From: Pseudomonas aeruginosa PAO1
GTDB lineage: Bacteria > Pseudomonadota > Gammaproteobacteria > Pseudomonadales > Pseudomonadaceae
NCBI RefSeq assembly: GCF_000006765.1
Contig: NC_002516.2
DNA length: 64,000 nucleotides
Direction: 5' to 3' (one strand)
Shown here: positions 27,699 through 45,135 of the stretch, piece by piece
How positions within the stretch are numbered: position 1 is the stretch's first letter
How the letters are laid out: each line of letters begins with the position of its first letter
Program-made: the position numbers and the translations under genes
The notes under the pieces: generated by a model
Database searches by the model: none
Told to the model about the DNA's origin: nothing
Seen by the model: only the letters and a program-made list of their open reading frames with translations

Positions 27699-29180
27699 GT
27701 GAAGAACGACATACACGACCTCGGCCTGGTCCTGGATTCCCGGGTCAAGCTGATCCTGATCGAGTCCTGGGACGAGCCGAAGGTGATGGAAACCCTCACC
27801 GGCCTGGCGGTCAGGCGCGGCCTTGGCCTGTATGCCTGGTCGGTGACCGAGGGCGTGCAGCGCCTGGGCTTCGGCGGCGAGCCGCTGGGCGGGGAGGAGA
27901 GCCGCGACCCGGTCGCGGCGTTGCGCTTGATCAAGCACGATCAGCAGGCGAATCTCTACGTGCTCTGCGACCTGCATCCTTTCCTTGGCGACAGCCCGAC
28001 CCTGGTGCGCCTGCTCAAGGAAATCGCCATGGCCGAAGGCAATCATCGACCGACCGTGGTGCTGGTGTCCCATGCGCTGAAGCTGCCGGCCGAAGTGCAG
28101 CGCTTCGCCGCGCGGTTCTCGCTGTCCCTGCCCAGCGAGGACGAACTGCTCGGCATCGTCCGCGAGGAAGCGACGCGCTGGAGCGAGCGCAACCGTGGTG
28201 CCCGCGTGCGCACCGACAACCGCACCCTGCAGCAGGTGGTGAAGAACCTGCGCGGACTCAGCCATGCCGAGGCGCGACTGCTGGCGCGCAACGTGATCTG
28301 CAACGATGGGGCGATCACCCAGGAGGACCTGCCCGAGCTGAACCGCACCAAGTTCCAGCTACTCGACCTGGAGGGCGTGCTGAGCTTCGAGTACGACACC
28401 GCGCGCTTCGCCGAGGTCGGCGGGCTTGCCGCGCTCAAGCGCTGGCTCGGCGAGCGTCAGTCGGCGTTCCTCGCCGGCAAGCCTGGCGACCAGCCGAAGG
28501 GCATGATGCTGGTCGGCGTGCAGGGCGCCGGCAAGAGCCTGGCGGCCAAGGCGGTGGCCGGCCTCTGGGGCTTGCCGTTGCTGCGTCTGGATTTCGCCTG
28601 TCTCTACAACAAGTACTTCGGCGAAACCGAGCGCAACCTGCGCGAGGCGCTGCGCCTGGCCGAACAGATGGCGCCCTGCGTGCTGTGGATGGATGAAGTG
28701 GAGAAGGGCATTTCTGGCGGCGACCAGGACAACGGCGTCAGTCAGCGCGTGCTGGGTACCCTGCTGACCTGGATGGCCGAGCGCGAGGCGCCGGTCTTCA
28801 TGGTCGCCACCGCGAACGCTATCGACCGCCTGCCGCCCGAACTGATCCGCAAGGGACGCTTCGACGAATTGTTCTTCGTCGACCTGCCGACGCCGGAGGT
28901 TCGCGCCGAGATCTTCCGCATCCACCTGCAACGCCGCGAGCTGGAGCCGGCACAGTTCGACCTCCATCTGCTGGCGGCTGCCAGCGAGGGTTTCAGCGGG
29001 GCGGAGATCGAGCAGGCGGTGGTGGCGGCACTGTACGCCGGGCAGGCGCGACAGCAGGCGGTGGATCAGGATCTGTTGCTCAGGGAACTGGCGCGAACCT
29101 CGCCGCTGTCGGTGCTGATGGCGGAAAAGCTCGCCGCGCTGCGGACCTGGGCCAAGGGGCGGGCGGTACCGGCAGACTGA
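27699..29180 (+). CDS. AAA+ ATPase (Ycf46-like), 493 aa
   Basis: Walker A GVQGAGKS, Walker B LWMDE, ATAN...LPPELIRKGRFDE. Confidence 0.9.
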   Translation: MKNDIHDLGLVLDSRVKLILIESWDEPKVMETLTGLAVRRGLGLYAWSVTEGVQRLGFGGEPLGGEESRDPVAALRLIKHDQQANLYVLCDLHPFLGDSPTLVRLLKEIAMAEGNHRPTVVLVSHALKLPAEVQRFAARFSLSLPSEDELLGIVREEATRWSERNRGARVRTDNRTLQQVVKNLRGLSHAEARLLARNVICNDGAITQEDLPELNRTKFQLLDLEGVLSFEYDTARFAEVGGLAALKRWLGERQSAFLAGKPGDQPKGMMLVGVQGAGKSLAAKAVAGLWGLPLLRLDFACLYNKYFGETERNLREALRLAEQMAPCVLWMDEVEKGISGGDQDNGVSQRVLGTLLTWMAEREAPVFMVATANAIDRLPPELIRKGRFDELFFVDLPTPEVRAEIFRIHLQRRELEPAQFDLHLLAAASEGFSGAEIEQAVVAALYAGQARQQAVDQDLLLRELARTSPLSVLMAEKLAALRTWAKGRAVPAD

Positions 29181-29219
29181 GCCAACGGCGAACCTTGCCG
29201 CCCTGCGAGGAGAGGCCGG

Positions 29220-30020
29220 TCAACCCCGTGGGGCGGAGGGTACCGCCGAGGCGTTGATCCGCGCGGCGAGTCGGCGCACCAGCCAGCGTGGCGCCAGGCG
29301 TGGGCTCAGCGCCAGCAGGCGATTGCGCCAACCGGGGACGATCAGGGCGCGGTTCTTGTCCAGCCCGCGCAGGGCCAGCAGCGCGACTTCCTCCGGGGTC
29401 ATCATCAGCTTGCTCCGGTCGAGCCTGCCGAGCCGCATCCCGGCTTCCCGGAAGAATGCCGTGCGGGTTGGCCCAGGGCACAGCACCGAGACCTTGACGC
29501 CGCGCTCTTTCAGTTCTTCCCGCAAGCCTTCCGAGAAGTGCAGGACGTAGGCCTTGCTGGCGTAGTAGTTGCTCATCCAGGCGCCGGGCTGGAAGGCGGC
29601 CACCGAGGCGATATTGAGTATCTGGCCCCCGCCCTGTGCCGCCATGCGGGCGCCGAGGGAGTGGCAAAGGCGGGCCAGGGCCAGGATGTTGAGTTCGATC
29701 AGCTCCTGTTCCCGCGCCCATTCCTGGTCGATGAAGGGGCCGGAGGTACCGATCCCGGCATTGTTAACCAGCAGGTCGATCTGTCGTTCGCCCTGTTCCA
29801 GTTCGTGCAACAACCCTGACAGTTGCAGCGGCTCGGAAAGATCGCAGGTGCGGAACAGCACTTCCACGCCGAAACGCTGCGCCAGCTCATAGGCGATGCT
29901 CTCCAGCGCGTCGCGCTGGCGCGCCACCAGGATCAGGGCGCGACCGCGCCGGGCCAGGGCTTCGGCTAGGGCCAGGCCGATACCGCTGGAAGCGCCGGTG
30001 ATCAGGGCATAACGGGGCAT
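29220..30020 (-). CDS. Short-chain dehydrogenase/reductase
   Basis: TGASSGIG, NNAG, YYASK. Confidence 0.93.
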   Translation of the reverse strand: MPRYALITGASSGIGLALAEALARRGRALILVARQRDALESIAYELAQRFGVEVLFRTCDLSEPLQLSGLLHELEQGERQIDLLVNNAGIGTSGPFIDQEWAREQELIELNILALARLCHSLGARMAAQGGGQILNIASVAAFQPGAWMSNYYASKAYVLHFSEGLREELKERGVKVSVLCPGPTRTAFFREAGMRLGRLDRSKLMMTPEEVALLALRGLDKNRALIVPGWRNRLLALSPRLAPRWLVRRLAARINASAVPSAPRG

Positions 30021-30080
30021 TCGAGACTTCTCCGAAACGGACGGGGAATTGGACCCCGCCCGTCGCGAGGGGTTGCGTGG

Positions 30081-31157
30081 CTACTGTTGGTCGTCGTCTT
30101 CCATGGCCTCTGCCGCCGCCGTGGCGGCTTCATCGGCTTCGGCCGCCGCTGCGGCGGCCTGCTCGTCGGTTGTGTACGGGTCGGCTGGAGCGCTGGCGCC
30201 GCCGTCATAGTTCGCTCGCTCCAGGTAACCCTGGTAGGACGGCAGGGCGATGGCGGCGATGATACCGACTATCGGCAGCAGGATGATCAGACTGGCCAGG
30301 ACTTTCACCCCGGTGCTGTTCGCCGGCGGCGGCGGACCGTAGCGGTTGGCGCCGGTGCTGCCGGGCAGGACCAGCATCAGGATGCCGAACACGCTGCCGA
30401 CGAAGGGGACGAAGTTGAGCAGCCAGAGCCAGCCCGACCAGCCGAGGTCATGCAGGCGCTGCACGCCGATCATCACGGCGATGACGATGAAGGCGATCGA
30501 GGCCAGGGCGGTGACGGCCACGCCGACGGTTTCGCCGAGCAGGAAGCCCAGGCCCATGATGACCAGGAAGCACAGCGTCATCGCCATCGACCAGCCGAGA
30601 TAGCGCAGGCGTCCGATCCGGCCGTTGGTGGTGAACACGTTCAGCTCGCCGAACTCGGGGAGGGTGTCGCCGACCTGGGCGCTGGGCGGTGTGTAGGGAG
30701 ACGCGCCCGCAGCCGCGGTGGCCGCAGGCGCGGCGTTTTCCCCGAGCTGCGCCTGGCGTGCCAGGTACTTCTCGATGATGACGCCGCAGGCCGAACATTC
30801 CGCTCCGCTGGGCTGTTCATGGCCGCATTTCGGGCAGGTCATGGGAGGCAGGTCTTGCGCCGGGGTTTCCTCCGCGACCTGGGGGTTGTGATCGGGCGTT
30901 TCCACCAGGCTCAGGCTGGCCGCCAGGTCGACTTCCTTGTAGGCATTGGCGCCGGCCTGGCGCAAGGCGGTCAGGTAACGCTCCGCCTCGGCCTCTGGAA
31001 GTTCGCGTTTCAGCACCACCGGGCGACCGCCGAAGAGGGCGTCGATCTTGCCCGGTTCGCTCTTGAACAGGCGGGCGAGATTGTCCTTCACGGTTTCGAG
31101 CGATGCGTCGGGCATCAGCTCGCCGGAGAAGACGATCTTGAAGCGTTGGTCGGTCAT
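30081..31157 (-). CDS. Membrane protein: N-terminal soluble domain, zinc ribbon, DUF805-like TM domain, pilin-like C-terminal helix
   Basis: CPKC...CSAC; GRIGRLRY...GVQRLHDLGWSGW...GANRYGPPP. Confidence 0.85.
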   Translation of the reverse strand: MTDQRFKIVFSGELMPDASLETVKDNLARLFKSEPGKIDALFGGRPVVLKRELPEAEAERYLTALRQAGANAYKEVDLAASLSLVETPDHNPQVAEETPAQDLPPMTCPKCGHEQPSGAECSACGVIIEKYLARQAQLGENAAPAATAAAGASPYTPPSAQVGDTLPEFGELNVFTTNGRIGRLRYLGWSMAMTLCFLVIMGLGFLLGETVGVAVTALASIAFIVIAVMIGVQRLHDLGWSGWLWLLNFVPFVGSVFGILMLVLPGSTGANRYGPPPPANSTGVKVLASLIILLPIVGIIAAIALPSYQGYLERANYDGGASAPADPYTTDEQAAAAAAEADEAATAAAEAMEDDDQQ

Positions 31158-31278
31158 GCAGGCATCCTTGTCAGCTGGGGTGAGAGAAATGCAGCCGACA
31201 GCCTAATCGGCGGCCTTGGCGCCCACAAGCGCGAGATGAGAACTCCCGCACAAGCCGGGGCGCCGTGACCCGGCGGTT

Positions 31279-32247
31279 TCAGCGCGGCCAGCGGTTGGCC
31301 AGGCTATCCATGTTCCGCAGGGCGTCTCGATATTCCCGGTCGAGGCGGGCGACCAACTCGTCGACGCCGGGCAAGTCGTCTATGTTGCCCGCGCCCTGGC
31401 CGGCGGACCACACGGTCTTCCAGGCCTTGGCCTCGTCGTTCACCGGCTTGAGTTTCTCGCCGTAGTTCATGTCTGCCTTGTCGGTCAGGCGCTTCAGATC
31501 GTAGCCGGCGGCCTCCAGGCTTTGCCGCATGAAGCTGGCCGGTACGCCGGACACCGCCGGGGTGTGCACGATGTCGGCGGCGCGTGCCTCCAGGATCATC
31601 TGCTTGTAGGCGTCGGAGGCATTGCTCTCGCGGGTGGCGATGAAGCGAGTGCCGAGATAGGCCAGGTCGGCGCCGAGCATCTGTGCGGCGAGAATCTCGT
31701 GGCCGTGGTTGATGCAGCCGGCCAACAGCAGGGTCTTGTCGAAGAACTGGCGGATTTCCGCGACCAGCGCGAAAGGGCTCCAGGTCCCGGCGTGCCCGCC
31801 CGCGCCGGCCGCCACCGCGATCAGGCCGTCAACCCCGGCCTCGGCGGCTTTTTCGGCGTGGCGGCGGGTGGTGACGTCGTGGAACACCAGGCCGCCGTAG
31901 CTATGCACAGCGTCTACCACTTCGCGCACTGCGCCGAGGCTGGTGATGACGATCGGTACGCGGTGCTCGACGCAGATCCGCAGGTCGGCCTGCAACCGCG
32001 GATTGGTGTTGTGGACGATCAGGTTCACCGCATAGGGCGCGGGATTGTCCAGCGCCTGCAGGCCGGCCCCGATTTCCTCCAGCCAACCCTCGAAGCCGCT
32101 GCTCTCGCGCTGGTTGAGCGCCGGGAAGCTGCCGACGATGCCGCTGCGGCAGCAGGCCAGCACCAACTGCGGGTTGGATACCAGGAACATTGGCGCGGCC
32201 ACCATCGGCAGTCGCAGGCGTTGGTCGAGCAGGGCGGGCAAGGACAT
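31279..32247 (-). CDS. Nitronate monooxygenase-like FMN oxidoreductase
   Basis: PMVAAPMF, GAGGHAG, AYLGTRFIAT, WSAGQG. Confidence 0.9.
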   Translation of the reverse strand: MSLPALLDQRLRLPMVAAPMFLVSNPQLVLACCRSGIVGSFPALNQRESSGFEGWLEEIGAGLQALDNPAPYAVNLIVHNTNPRLQADLRICVEHRVPIVITSLGAVREVVDAVHSYGGLVFHDVTTRRHAEKAAEAGVDGLIAVAAGAGGHAGTWSPFALVAEIRQFFDKTLLLAGCINHGHEILAAQMLGADLAYLGTRFIATRESNASDAYKQMILEARAADIVHTPAVSGVPASFMRQSLEAAGYDLKRLTDKADMNYGEKLKPVNDEAKAWKTVWSAGQGAGNIDDLPGVDELVARLDREYRDALRNMDSLANRWPR

Positions 32248-32263
32248 GGACAGGACTCCTGGG

Positions 32264-32686
32264 TCAGAAAGGTTTGAGCACCACCAGTAGGACGATCAGC
32301 AGCAGGAACAGTACAGGCACTTCGTTGAACCAGCGGTAGAACACATGGCTGCGCCCCGGCTCGCCGCGGGCGAAGCGCTTGAGCATGGCGCCGCAGGCGT
32401 GGTGGTAGCCGATCAGCAGGACCACCAGGGTCAGCTTGGCGTGCAGCCAGCCTTGGCTCAGCCAGCCGGGGGTGAGATAGAGCATCCAGAGGCCAAGGAC
32501 CAGGGTGGCGAGCATCGAGGGCATCATGATCCCTCGGTAGAGCTTGCGCTCCATGACGCAGAAGCGTTCCCGGCTGGTCTGGTCCTCGCTCATGGCGTGG
32601 TAGACGAACAGGCGCGGCAGGTAGAACAGGCCGGCGAACCAGCAGACCACGGCGATGATATGGAAGGCTTTGAGCCACATGTACAT
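32264..32686 (-). CDS. hemJ: Protoporphyrinogen oxidase HemJ (UPF0093)
   Basis: WLKAFHIIAVVCWFAGLFYLPRLFVYH...RWFNEVP. Confidence 0.88.
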   Translation of the reverse strand: MYMWLKAFHIIAVVCWFAGLFYLPRLFVYHAMSEDQTSRERFCVMERKLYRGIMMPSMLATLVLGLWMLYLTPGWLSQGWLHAKLTLVVLLIGYHHACGAMLKRFARGEPGRSHVFYRWFNEVPVLFLLLIVLLVVLKPF

Positions 32687-32976
32687 CAGGACATCCTCTT
32701 GATCACGGTGCCCCGATAGTAGAGGGATGGCTGGAACGCGTCACCCTGGCGGCTTGCCGCTGTCTGATTTGCCGGCAGATATGGCCGCATAACAGGTAGG
32801 AACATTCGGATAGGGCCTCGCAGCAATTTCTGCCCGACGACCCCGGGGGCTAGACTGCCGACCGAAGGGCCGAACCGGTCGCAAAGCCGGACGCCCAGCG
32901 CTGTTCATGCCGGCGCTCGGCTCTTATCATTGGCCTCTTTTGGCTAGCTTGCCTCAGCGCGCGGAGTGATGGACAG

Positions 32977-34011
32977 ATGATCAAGGTCGGCATCGTTGGC
33001 GGTACGGGTTATACGGGCGTGGAACTGCTGCGCCTGCTGGCGCAGCATCCGCAGGCCCGGGTGGAAGTGATCACTTCGCGTTCCGAGGCGGGGGTGAAGG
33101 TCGCCGACATGTACCCGAACCTGCGAGGTCATTATGACGACCTGCAGTTCAGCGTGCCGGACGCGCAGCGCCTCGGCGCCTGCGACGTGGTGTTCTTCGC
33201 CACGCCGCACGGCGTGGCGCACGCGCTGGCTGGCGAACTGCTGGACGCCGGGACCCGGGTCATCGATCTGTCCGCTGACTTCCGCCTGGCGGACGCCGAG
33301 GAGTGGGCGCGCTGGTACGGCCAGCCGCATGGCGCTCCGGCGCTGCTCGACGAGGCTGTCTACGGCCTGCCGGAAGTGAACCGCGAGAAGATCCGCCAGG
33401 CCCGCCTGATCGCCGTGCCGGGCTGCTACCCGACCGCGACCCAGCTGGGCCTGATCCCGCTGCTGGAAGCCGGCCTGGCCGACGCCTCGCGGCTGATCGC
33501 CGATTGCAAGTCCGGGGTCAGCGGTGCCGGTCGGGGCGCCAAGGTTGGCTCGCTGTTCTGCGAGGCGGGCGAAAGCATGATGGCCTACGCGGTCAAAGGG
33601 CATCGGCATCTCCCGGAAATCAGCCAGGGCCTGCGTCGGGCCTCCGGCGGCGACGTCGGGCTGACGTTCGTACCGCACCTGACGCCAATGATCCGCGGTA
33701 TCCATGCAACCCTCTATGCCCATGTCGCGGATCGCTCGGTCGACCTCCAGGCGTTGTTCGAGAAGCGCTACGCCGACGAACCCTTCGTCGACGTGATGCC
33801 GGCCGGCAGCCATCCGGAGACCCGCAGCGTGCGTGGCGCCAATGTCTGCCGAATCGCCGTGCATCGCCCCCAGGGCGGCGACCTGGTGGTGGTGCTGTCG
33901 GTGATCGACAACCTGGTCAAGGGCGCCTCGGGTCAGGCGCTCCAGAACATGAACATCCTGTTCGGGCTGGACGAGCGCCTGGGCCTCTCGCATGCGGCCC
34001 TGCTCCCCTGA
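32977..34011 (+). CDS. argC: N-acetyl-gamma-glutamyl-phosphate reductase
   Basis: [31 protein letters not shown]. Confidence 0.97.
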   Translation: MIKVGIVGGTGYTGVELLRLLAQHPQARVEVITSRSEAGVKVADMYPNLRGHYDDLQFSVPDAQRLGACDVVFFATPHGVAHALAGELLDAGTRVIDLSADFRLADAEEWARWYGQPHGAPALLDEAVYGLPEVNREKIRQARLIAVPGCYPTATQLGLIPLLEAGLADASRLIADCKSGVSGAGRGAKVGSLFCEAGESMMAYAVKGHRHLPEISQGLRRASGGDVGLTFVPHLTPMIRGIHATLYAHVADRSVDLQALFEKRYADEPFVDVMPAGSHPETRSVRGANVCRIAVHRPQGGDLVVVLSVIDNLVKGASGQALQNMNILFGLDERLGLSHAALLP

Positions 34012-34730
34012 TGTCCGGCTGGGAACTCCAGTTCCGTGATCCACGGCGGGCCTGGCTGGTCCGCCTCGGGGTGGGTGCGCTGCTGCTGGCGGTTCCGCTG
34101 GCGTTTCTCGGCGGTCGCTGGTCGACCGGGGCGGACGCCGCTCGCAGCGAGGCCGATGCGCAACGCCAGGAAACCCTGATCGGCGAGCAGAAGGCCGAGC
34201 TGGAGCGCCTGCGTACCGAAATCGAGGTGTTGCGCAGCGGAGAACGCCTCAGCCAGCAGGCCACCGAACAGAGCCGGCAGACCATCAAGCTGCTTGAGGA
34301 CCAGGTGTTCAAGCAGCAACAGGACATCGCGTTCTACAAGGGGGTAGTCGCGCCGGCCAGCAAGGCGGATGCGCTGGAAATCCGTGCCTTTGAGGTGCAG
34401 GGCACGGACGACCCGCAGCGCTTCCGCTATAAGGTGATGCTCAGCCGCCTGGGCAGGGACGACCGCAAGCTGGATGGGCGGCTGAAAGTCCGCATCAGCG
34501 GCAAGCTGGCGCGCAAGGACGCTACCTACGACCTCGAACAGCTCTCGCCGGAACTGGGCAAGACAGGGCTGTCGATTTCCCTCCGGCATTTCCAGTCGAT
34601 CCCAGAAGGGGGGCGTTTCGCCGAGCTGGAGCTGCCGAAGAACTTCATCCCGAAGCTGATCGACGTACGTGCGGAGCTGAATGGCCAGTCCAAACCGCTA
34701 CAGCGCCGTTTCGATTGGCCGAAGCAGTGA
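34011..34730 (+). CDS. Single-pass membrane coiled-coil protein (DUF6776-like), 239 aa
   Basis: TGATG coupling to argC; TM at residues ~15-33; coiled coil; DIAFYKGVV motif. Confidence 0.8.
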   Translation: MSGWELQFRDPRRAWLVRLGVGALLLAVPLAFLGGRWSTGADAARSEADAQRQETLIGEQKAELERLRTEIEVLRSGERLSQQATEQSRQTIKLLEDQVFKQQQDIAFYKGVVAPASKADALEIRAFEVQGTDDPQRFRYKVMLSRLGRDDRKLDGRLKVRISGKLARKDATYDLEQLSPELGKTGLSISLRHFQSIPEGGRFAELELPKNFIPKLIDVRAELNGQSKPLQRRFDWPKQ

Positions 34731-35153
34731 GTGAGCATTATGTGGAGCAAGAACAAAGGCCGGGCCGACGTCCAGCGTTTCACCGGGCAGACCAGCCTGA
34801 TCGCCAGCGGCGCCGAACTGGTCGGTGACATGAACCTCAAGGGCGCGGTGCAGATCGACGGCACCGTCCGCGGAGCGTTGCAGGCGCACGAAGGGCTGGT
34901 GCGGGTCAGCGCCGGCGGTCGAGTCGATGGCGAAATCCGGGCCCCCCATGTGATCATCGACGGTCAGGTGGATGGCGACATCCATGCCATCGAACGCCTG
35001 GAGCTGGGGGCCCAGGCCCGGGTGAAGGGCAATCTTCACTATGGGCTGATCGAAACCGCCATGGGGGCCCAGATCGAGGGCCGCCTGTGCCCGATGACCG
35101 AGGCCAGTCCGCGCCCGCTGGAACTGCCTGCCAGCGTGGAAACTGTGGATTAG
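34731..35153 (+). CDS. Bactofilin (polymer-forming cytoskeletal protein)
   Basis: SLIASG...GAVQIDGTVRG...GRVDGEI...IIDGQVDGDI...VKGNLHY beta-helix repeats. Confidence 0.92.
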   Translation: MSIMWSKNKGRADVQRFTGQTSLIASGAELVGDMNLKGAVQIDGTVRGALQAHEGLVRVSAGGRVDGEIRAPHVIIDGQVDGDIHAIERLELGAQARVKGNLHYGLIETAMGAQIEGRLCPMTEASPRPLELPASVETVD

Positions 35154-35183
35154 TTGACCATTTTTCTGGGACAAGAGGATAAT
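35150..35183 (+). promoter_or_regulatory. erpA promoter (TTGACC-N18-GATAAT) overlapped by a type-1 IscR-like site
   Basis: TTAGTTGACCATTTTTCTGGGACAA matches ATASYYGACTRWWWYAGTCRRSTAT at 17/25 positions by hand alignment. Confidence 0.5.
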
Positions 35184-35230
35184 GGGCGTAATGTTGTAAC
35201 GCACGGCCTCAAGCCGGGAGATTCGGAAAC

Positions 35231-35581
35231 ATGAGCATCGAGACCTTCACCCCTACGCCCCTGCTCTTTACCCCAGGCGCAGCCAACAAGGTGAAGACGT
35301 TGATTGACGAAGAGGGCAATCCTCGCCTGAAACTGCGTGTATTCGTCACCGGCGGCGGTTGCTCGGGCTTCCAGTATGGCTTCACCTTCGACGAAGATAT
35401 CGCCGATGACGATACCGTGATCGAGCGCGATGGCGTGGGCCTGGTGGTGGACCCGATGAGCTTCCAGTACCTGGCGGGCTCGGAAGTCGACTACCAGGAA
35501 GGCCTGGAAGGTTCGAGGTTCGTCATCAAGAACCCGAACGCCGCCACGACTTGCGGTTGCGGACAGTCGTTCTCGATCTGA
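35231..35581 (+). CDS. erpA: Fe-S cluster insertion protein ErpA
   Basis: [15 protein letters not shown]...[14 protein letters not shown]. Confidence 0.97.
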   Translation: MSIETFTPTPLLFTPGAANKVKTLIDEEGNPRLKLRVFVTGGGCSGFQYGFTFDEDIADDDTVIERDGVGLVVDPMSFQYLAGSEVDYQEGLEGSRFVIKNPNAATTCGCGQSFSI

Positions 35582-35597
35582 CGTCGATGGGGCCGCT

Positions 35598-35633
35598 ACG
35601 AAAACGCCGCGCTTATATGCGCGGCGTTTTCGT
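35598..35633. terminator. Bidirectional terminator between erpA and anmK
   Basis: 15-bp stem ACGAAAACGCCGCGC-TTATAT-GCGCGGCGTTTTCGT. Confidence 0.88.
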
Positions 35634-35634
35634 T

Positions 35635-38168
<2,534 letters not shown>

Positions 38169-38356
38169 GGCGTGATTGGTGTTTTTGGATTGTGAATAAA
38201 TAACTGCCTAAAATATAACCAAAATCTCCTTGAATCAAGCCAAAAGTCGCGTCTGGCCTGGCTCCGTCCCCCTGACGGTCGGCAAAATTTGTTTTTAGTC
38301 TGCGATCTTGTATGGTTGGTTCCCTTTCGATTTTGGCAATTGGGCAGAACCTGTAA

Positions 38357-39556
38357 ATGAAATCGGTTGAAGAGCAGCTGGCGCTGATCCAGCGCGGTGC
38401 AGACGAGATCCTGGTAGAGGCGGAACTGGTGGCCAAGCTGAAGCGAGGCCAGCCCTTGCGGATCAAGGCCGGCTTCGACCCGACCGCTCCCGATCTGCAT
38501 CTTGGCCATACCGTGCTTATTAATAAGCTGCGCCAGTTCCAGGACCTGGGACATCAGGTGATCTTCCTCATCGGTGACTTCACTGGGATGATCGGTGACC
38601 CCAGTGGGAAAAGTGTTACCCGTCCTCCCCTGACGCGCGAGCAGGTTCTGGAGAATGCGGAGACGTACAAGTCCCAGGTCTTCAAGATCCTCGACCCAGC
38701 CAAGACCGAAGTAGCCTTCAATTCCACCTGGATGGACCAGCTGACCCCGGCTGACTTCATTCGTCTTGCCTCTCAGTACACCGTTGCGCGCATGCTGGAG
38801 CGCGATGACTTTAGCAAGCGCTATGCCAGCAATCAGCCCATCGCTATCCATGAGTTCCTCTATCCGCTGGTCCAGGGCTATGACTCCGTCGCGCTGAAGG
38901 CGGACGTCGAGTTGGGTGGCACCGACCAGAAGTTCAACCTGCTGATGGGGCGCGAGCTGCAGCGTGCCTATGGCCAGGAGGCCCAGGTGATCCTGACCAT
39001 GCCGTTGCTGGAAGGGCTGGATGGCGTGAAGAAGATGTCCAAGTCGCTGGGCAACTATATTGGTATCCAGGAAGCGCCGGGTGTCATGTACAGCAAGCTG
39101 GTCTCCATTCCTGACACGCTGATGTGGCGTTACTTCGAACTGCTCAGCTTCCGTTCCCTGGATGAGATCGATAGCTTCCGCAAGGACGTCGAGGCGGGCG
39201 CCAACCCGCGTGACATCAAGATCAAGCTGGCCGAGGAGATCGTCGCCCGCTTCCATGGCGAGGAGGCGGCGGCGAGCGCACACAAGTCGGCCGGCAATCG
39301 CCTGAAGGAGGGCGAGCTGCCGGAAGACCTGCCGGAGATCGAGCTGTCGTCCCCCGAGGATATGCCCGTTGCCTCTGTCCTTAATAAGGCGGGGTTGGTG
39401 AAGAATGCGGCTGCGGCTCGCGATCTCCTGGGTGCCGGCAGCGTCAAGGTGGATGGGCAGGTCGTCGACCGCACCTTCATGCTGGCGCTGGGTGAAACCC
39501 GTGTGTTCCAGGCAGGGAAGAAGGCTTTCGCGCGCATCACGCTGAAAGCTGAATAA
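38357..39556 (+). CDS. tyrZ: Tyrosyl-tRNA synthetase
   Basis: [13 protein letters not shown] (HIGH), GGTDQ, KMSKS, C-terminal S4 domain. Confidence 0.96.
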   Translation: MKSVEEQLALIQRGADEILVEAELVAKLKRGQPLRIKAGFDPTAPDLHLGHTVLINKLRQFQDLGHQVIFLIGDFTGMIGDPSGKSVTRPPLTREQVLENAETYKSQVFKILDPAKTEVAFNSTWMDQLTPADFIRLASQYTVARMLERDDFSKRYASNQPIAIHEFLYPLVQGYDSVALKADVELGGTDQKFNLLMGRELQRAYGQEAQVILTMPLLEGLDGVKKMSKSLGNYIGIQEAPGVMYSKLVSIPDTLMWRYFELLSFRSLDEIDSFRKDVEAGANPRDIKIKLAEEIVARFHGEEAAASAHKSAGNRLKEGELPEDLPEIELSSPEDMPVASVLNKAGLVKNAAAARDLLGAGSVKVDGQVVDRTFMLALGETRVFQAGKKAFARITLKAE

Positions 39557-39572
39557 TTCTTTCAAATAAGTG

Positions 39573-39885
39573 TTGACGCCAGTTTCTATCTCCCTATAAT
39601 GCGCACCACTCCCGGCGACGACGAAGAGTAAATGCTTGAAAATCAAGGATTTACGGATTCTCTCCCAGGAGTGGTGAAGCGCTCCGGCAGGTTGTTCGCC
39701 GCAGCGGTTCGGTCCCGAAAGGGGCTCGAAACGAAGCTTCATCGAGGTGCTTGACAGCGAATTTGAACGCTGTAGAATGCGCCTCCCGCTGATCGGAAGA
39801 TGGTTTGAAGGTCGGCGCAAGCGGTTGAGTAGAAAAGAAAATTTTCGAAAATAACGCTTGACGGAACGAGAGGTTGCTGTAGAAT
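39573..39885 (+). promoter_or_regulatory. Three tandem rrn sigma70 promoters
   Basis: TTGACG-N16-TATAAT (39573), TTGACA-N16-TAGAAT (39751), TTGACG-N16-TAGAAT (39858); each is followed by a GCGC discriminator. Confidence 0.85.
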
Positions 39886-39920
39886 GCGCGGCCTCGGTTG
39901 AGACGAAAGCCTTGACCAAC

Positions 39921-39933
39921 TGCTCTTTAACAA
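39921..39933 (+). promoter_or_regulatory. rrn antitermination boxA (leader); second copy at 41951-41963
   Basis: TGCTCTTTAACAA; spacer copy TGTTCTTTAAAAA. Confidence 0.85.
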
Positions 39934-40095
39934 GTCGAATCAAGCAATTCGTGTGGGTGCTTGTGATGTAAGACTGGTGATCGCAAGATTATCAGCAACG
40001 CAAGTAACACTCGTGAATTCGAGAGTTTTATCTCTTTTTAAGAGAATGCGATTGCTGAGCCAAGTTTAGGGTTTTCTCAAAACCCAAGCAGTATT

Positions 40096-41631
<1,536 letters not shown>

Positions 41632-41695
41632 ATCGAAGATCTCAGCTTCTTCATAAGCTCCCACACGAATTGCTTGATTCACTGGTTAGACGATT

Positions 41696-41772
<77 letters not shown>

Positions 41773-41800
41773 ATTGTTGGTGTGCTGCGTGATCCGATAC

Positions 41801-41876
41801 GGGGCCATAGCTCAGCTGGGAGAGCGCCTGCTTTGCACGCAGGAGGTCAGGAGTTCGATCCTCCTTGGCTCCACCA
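41801..41876 (+). tRNA. tRNA-Ala(TGC)
   Basis: GGGGCCA...TTTGCAC anticodon loop...TGGCTCCACCA. Confidence 0.98.
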
Positions 41877-42102
41877 TCTAAAACAATCGTCGAAAGCTCA
41901 GAAATGAATGTTCGTGAATGAACATTGATTTCTGGTCTTTGCACCAGAACTGTTCTTTAAAAATTCGGGTATGTGATAGAAGTAAGACTGAATGATCTCT
42001 TTCACTGGTGATCATTCAAGTCAAGGTAAAATTTGCGAGTTCAAGCGCGAATTTTCGGCGAATGTCGTCTTCACAGTATAACCAGATTGCTTGGGGTTAT
42101 AT

Positions 42103-44993
<2,891 letters not shown>

Positions 44994-45135
44994 ATAACAC
45001 CCAAACAATCTGACGATTGTGTGTTGTAAGGTGAAGTCGACGAACCGAAAGTTCGCATGAACCGCAAAACACCTTGAAATCACATACCTGAATCCGGATA
45101 GACGTAAGCCCAAGCGAACGGATATCCAACCGAAT

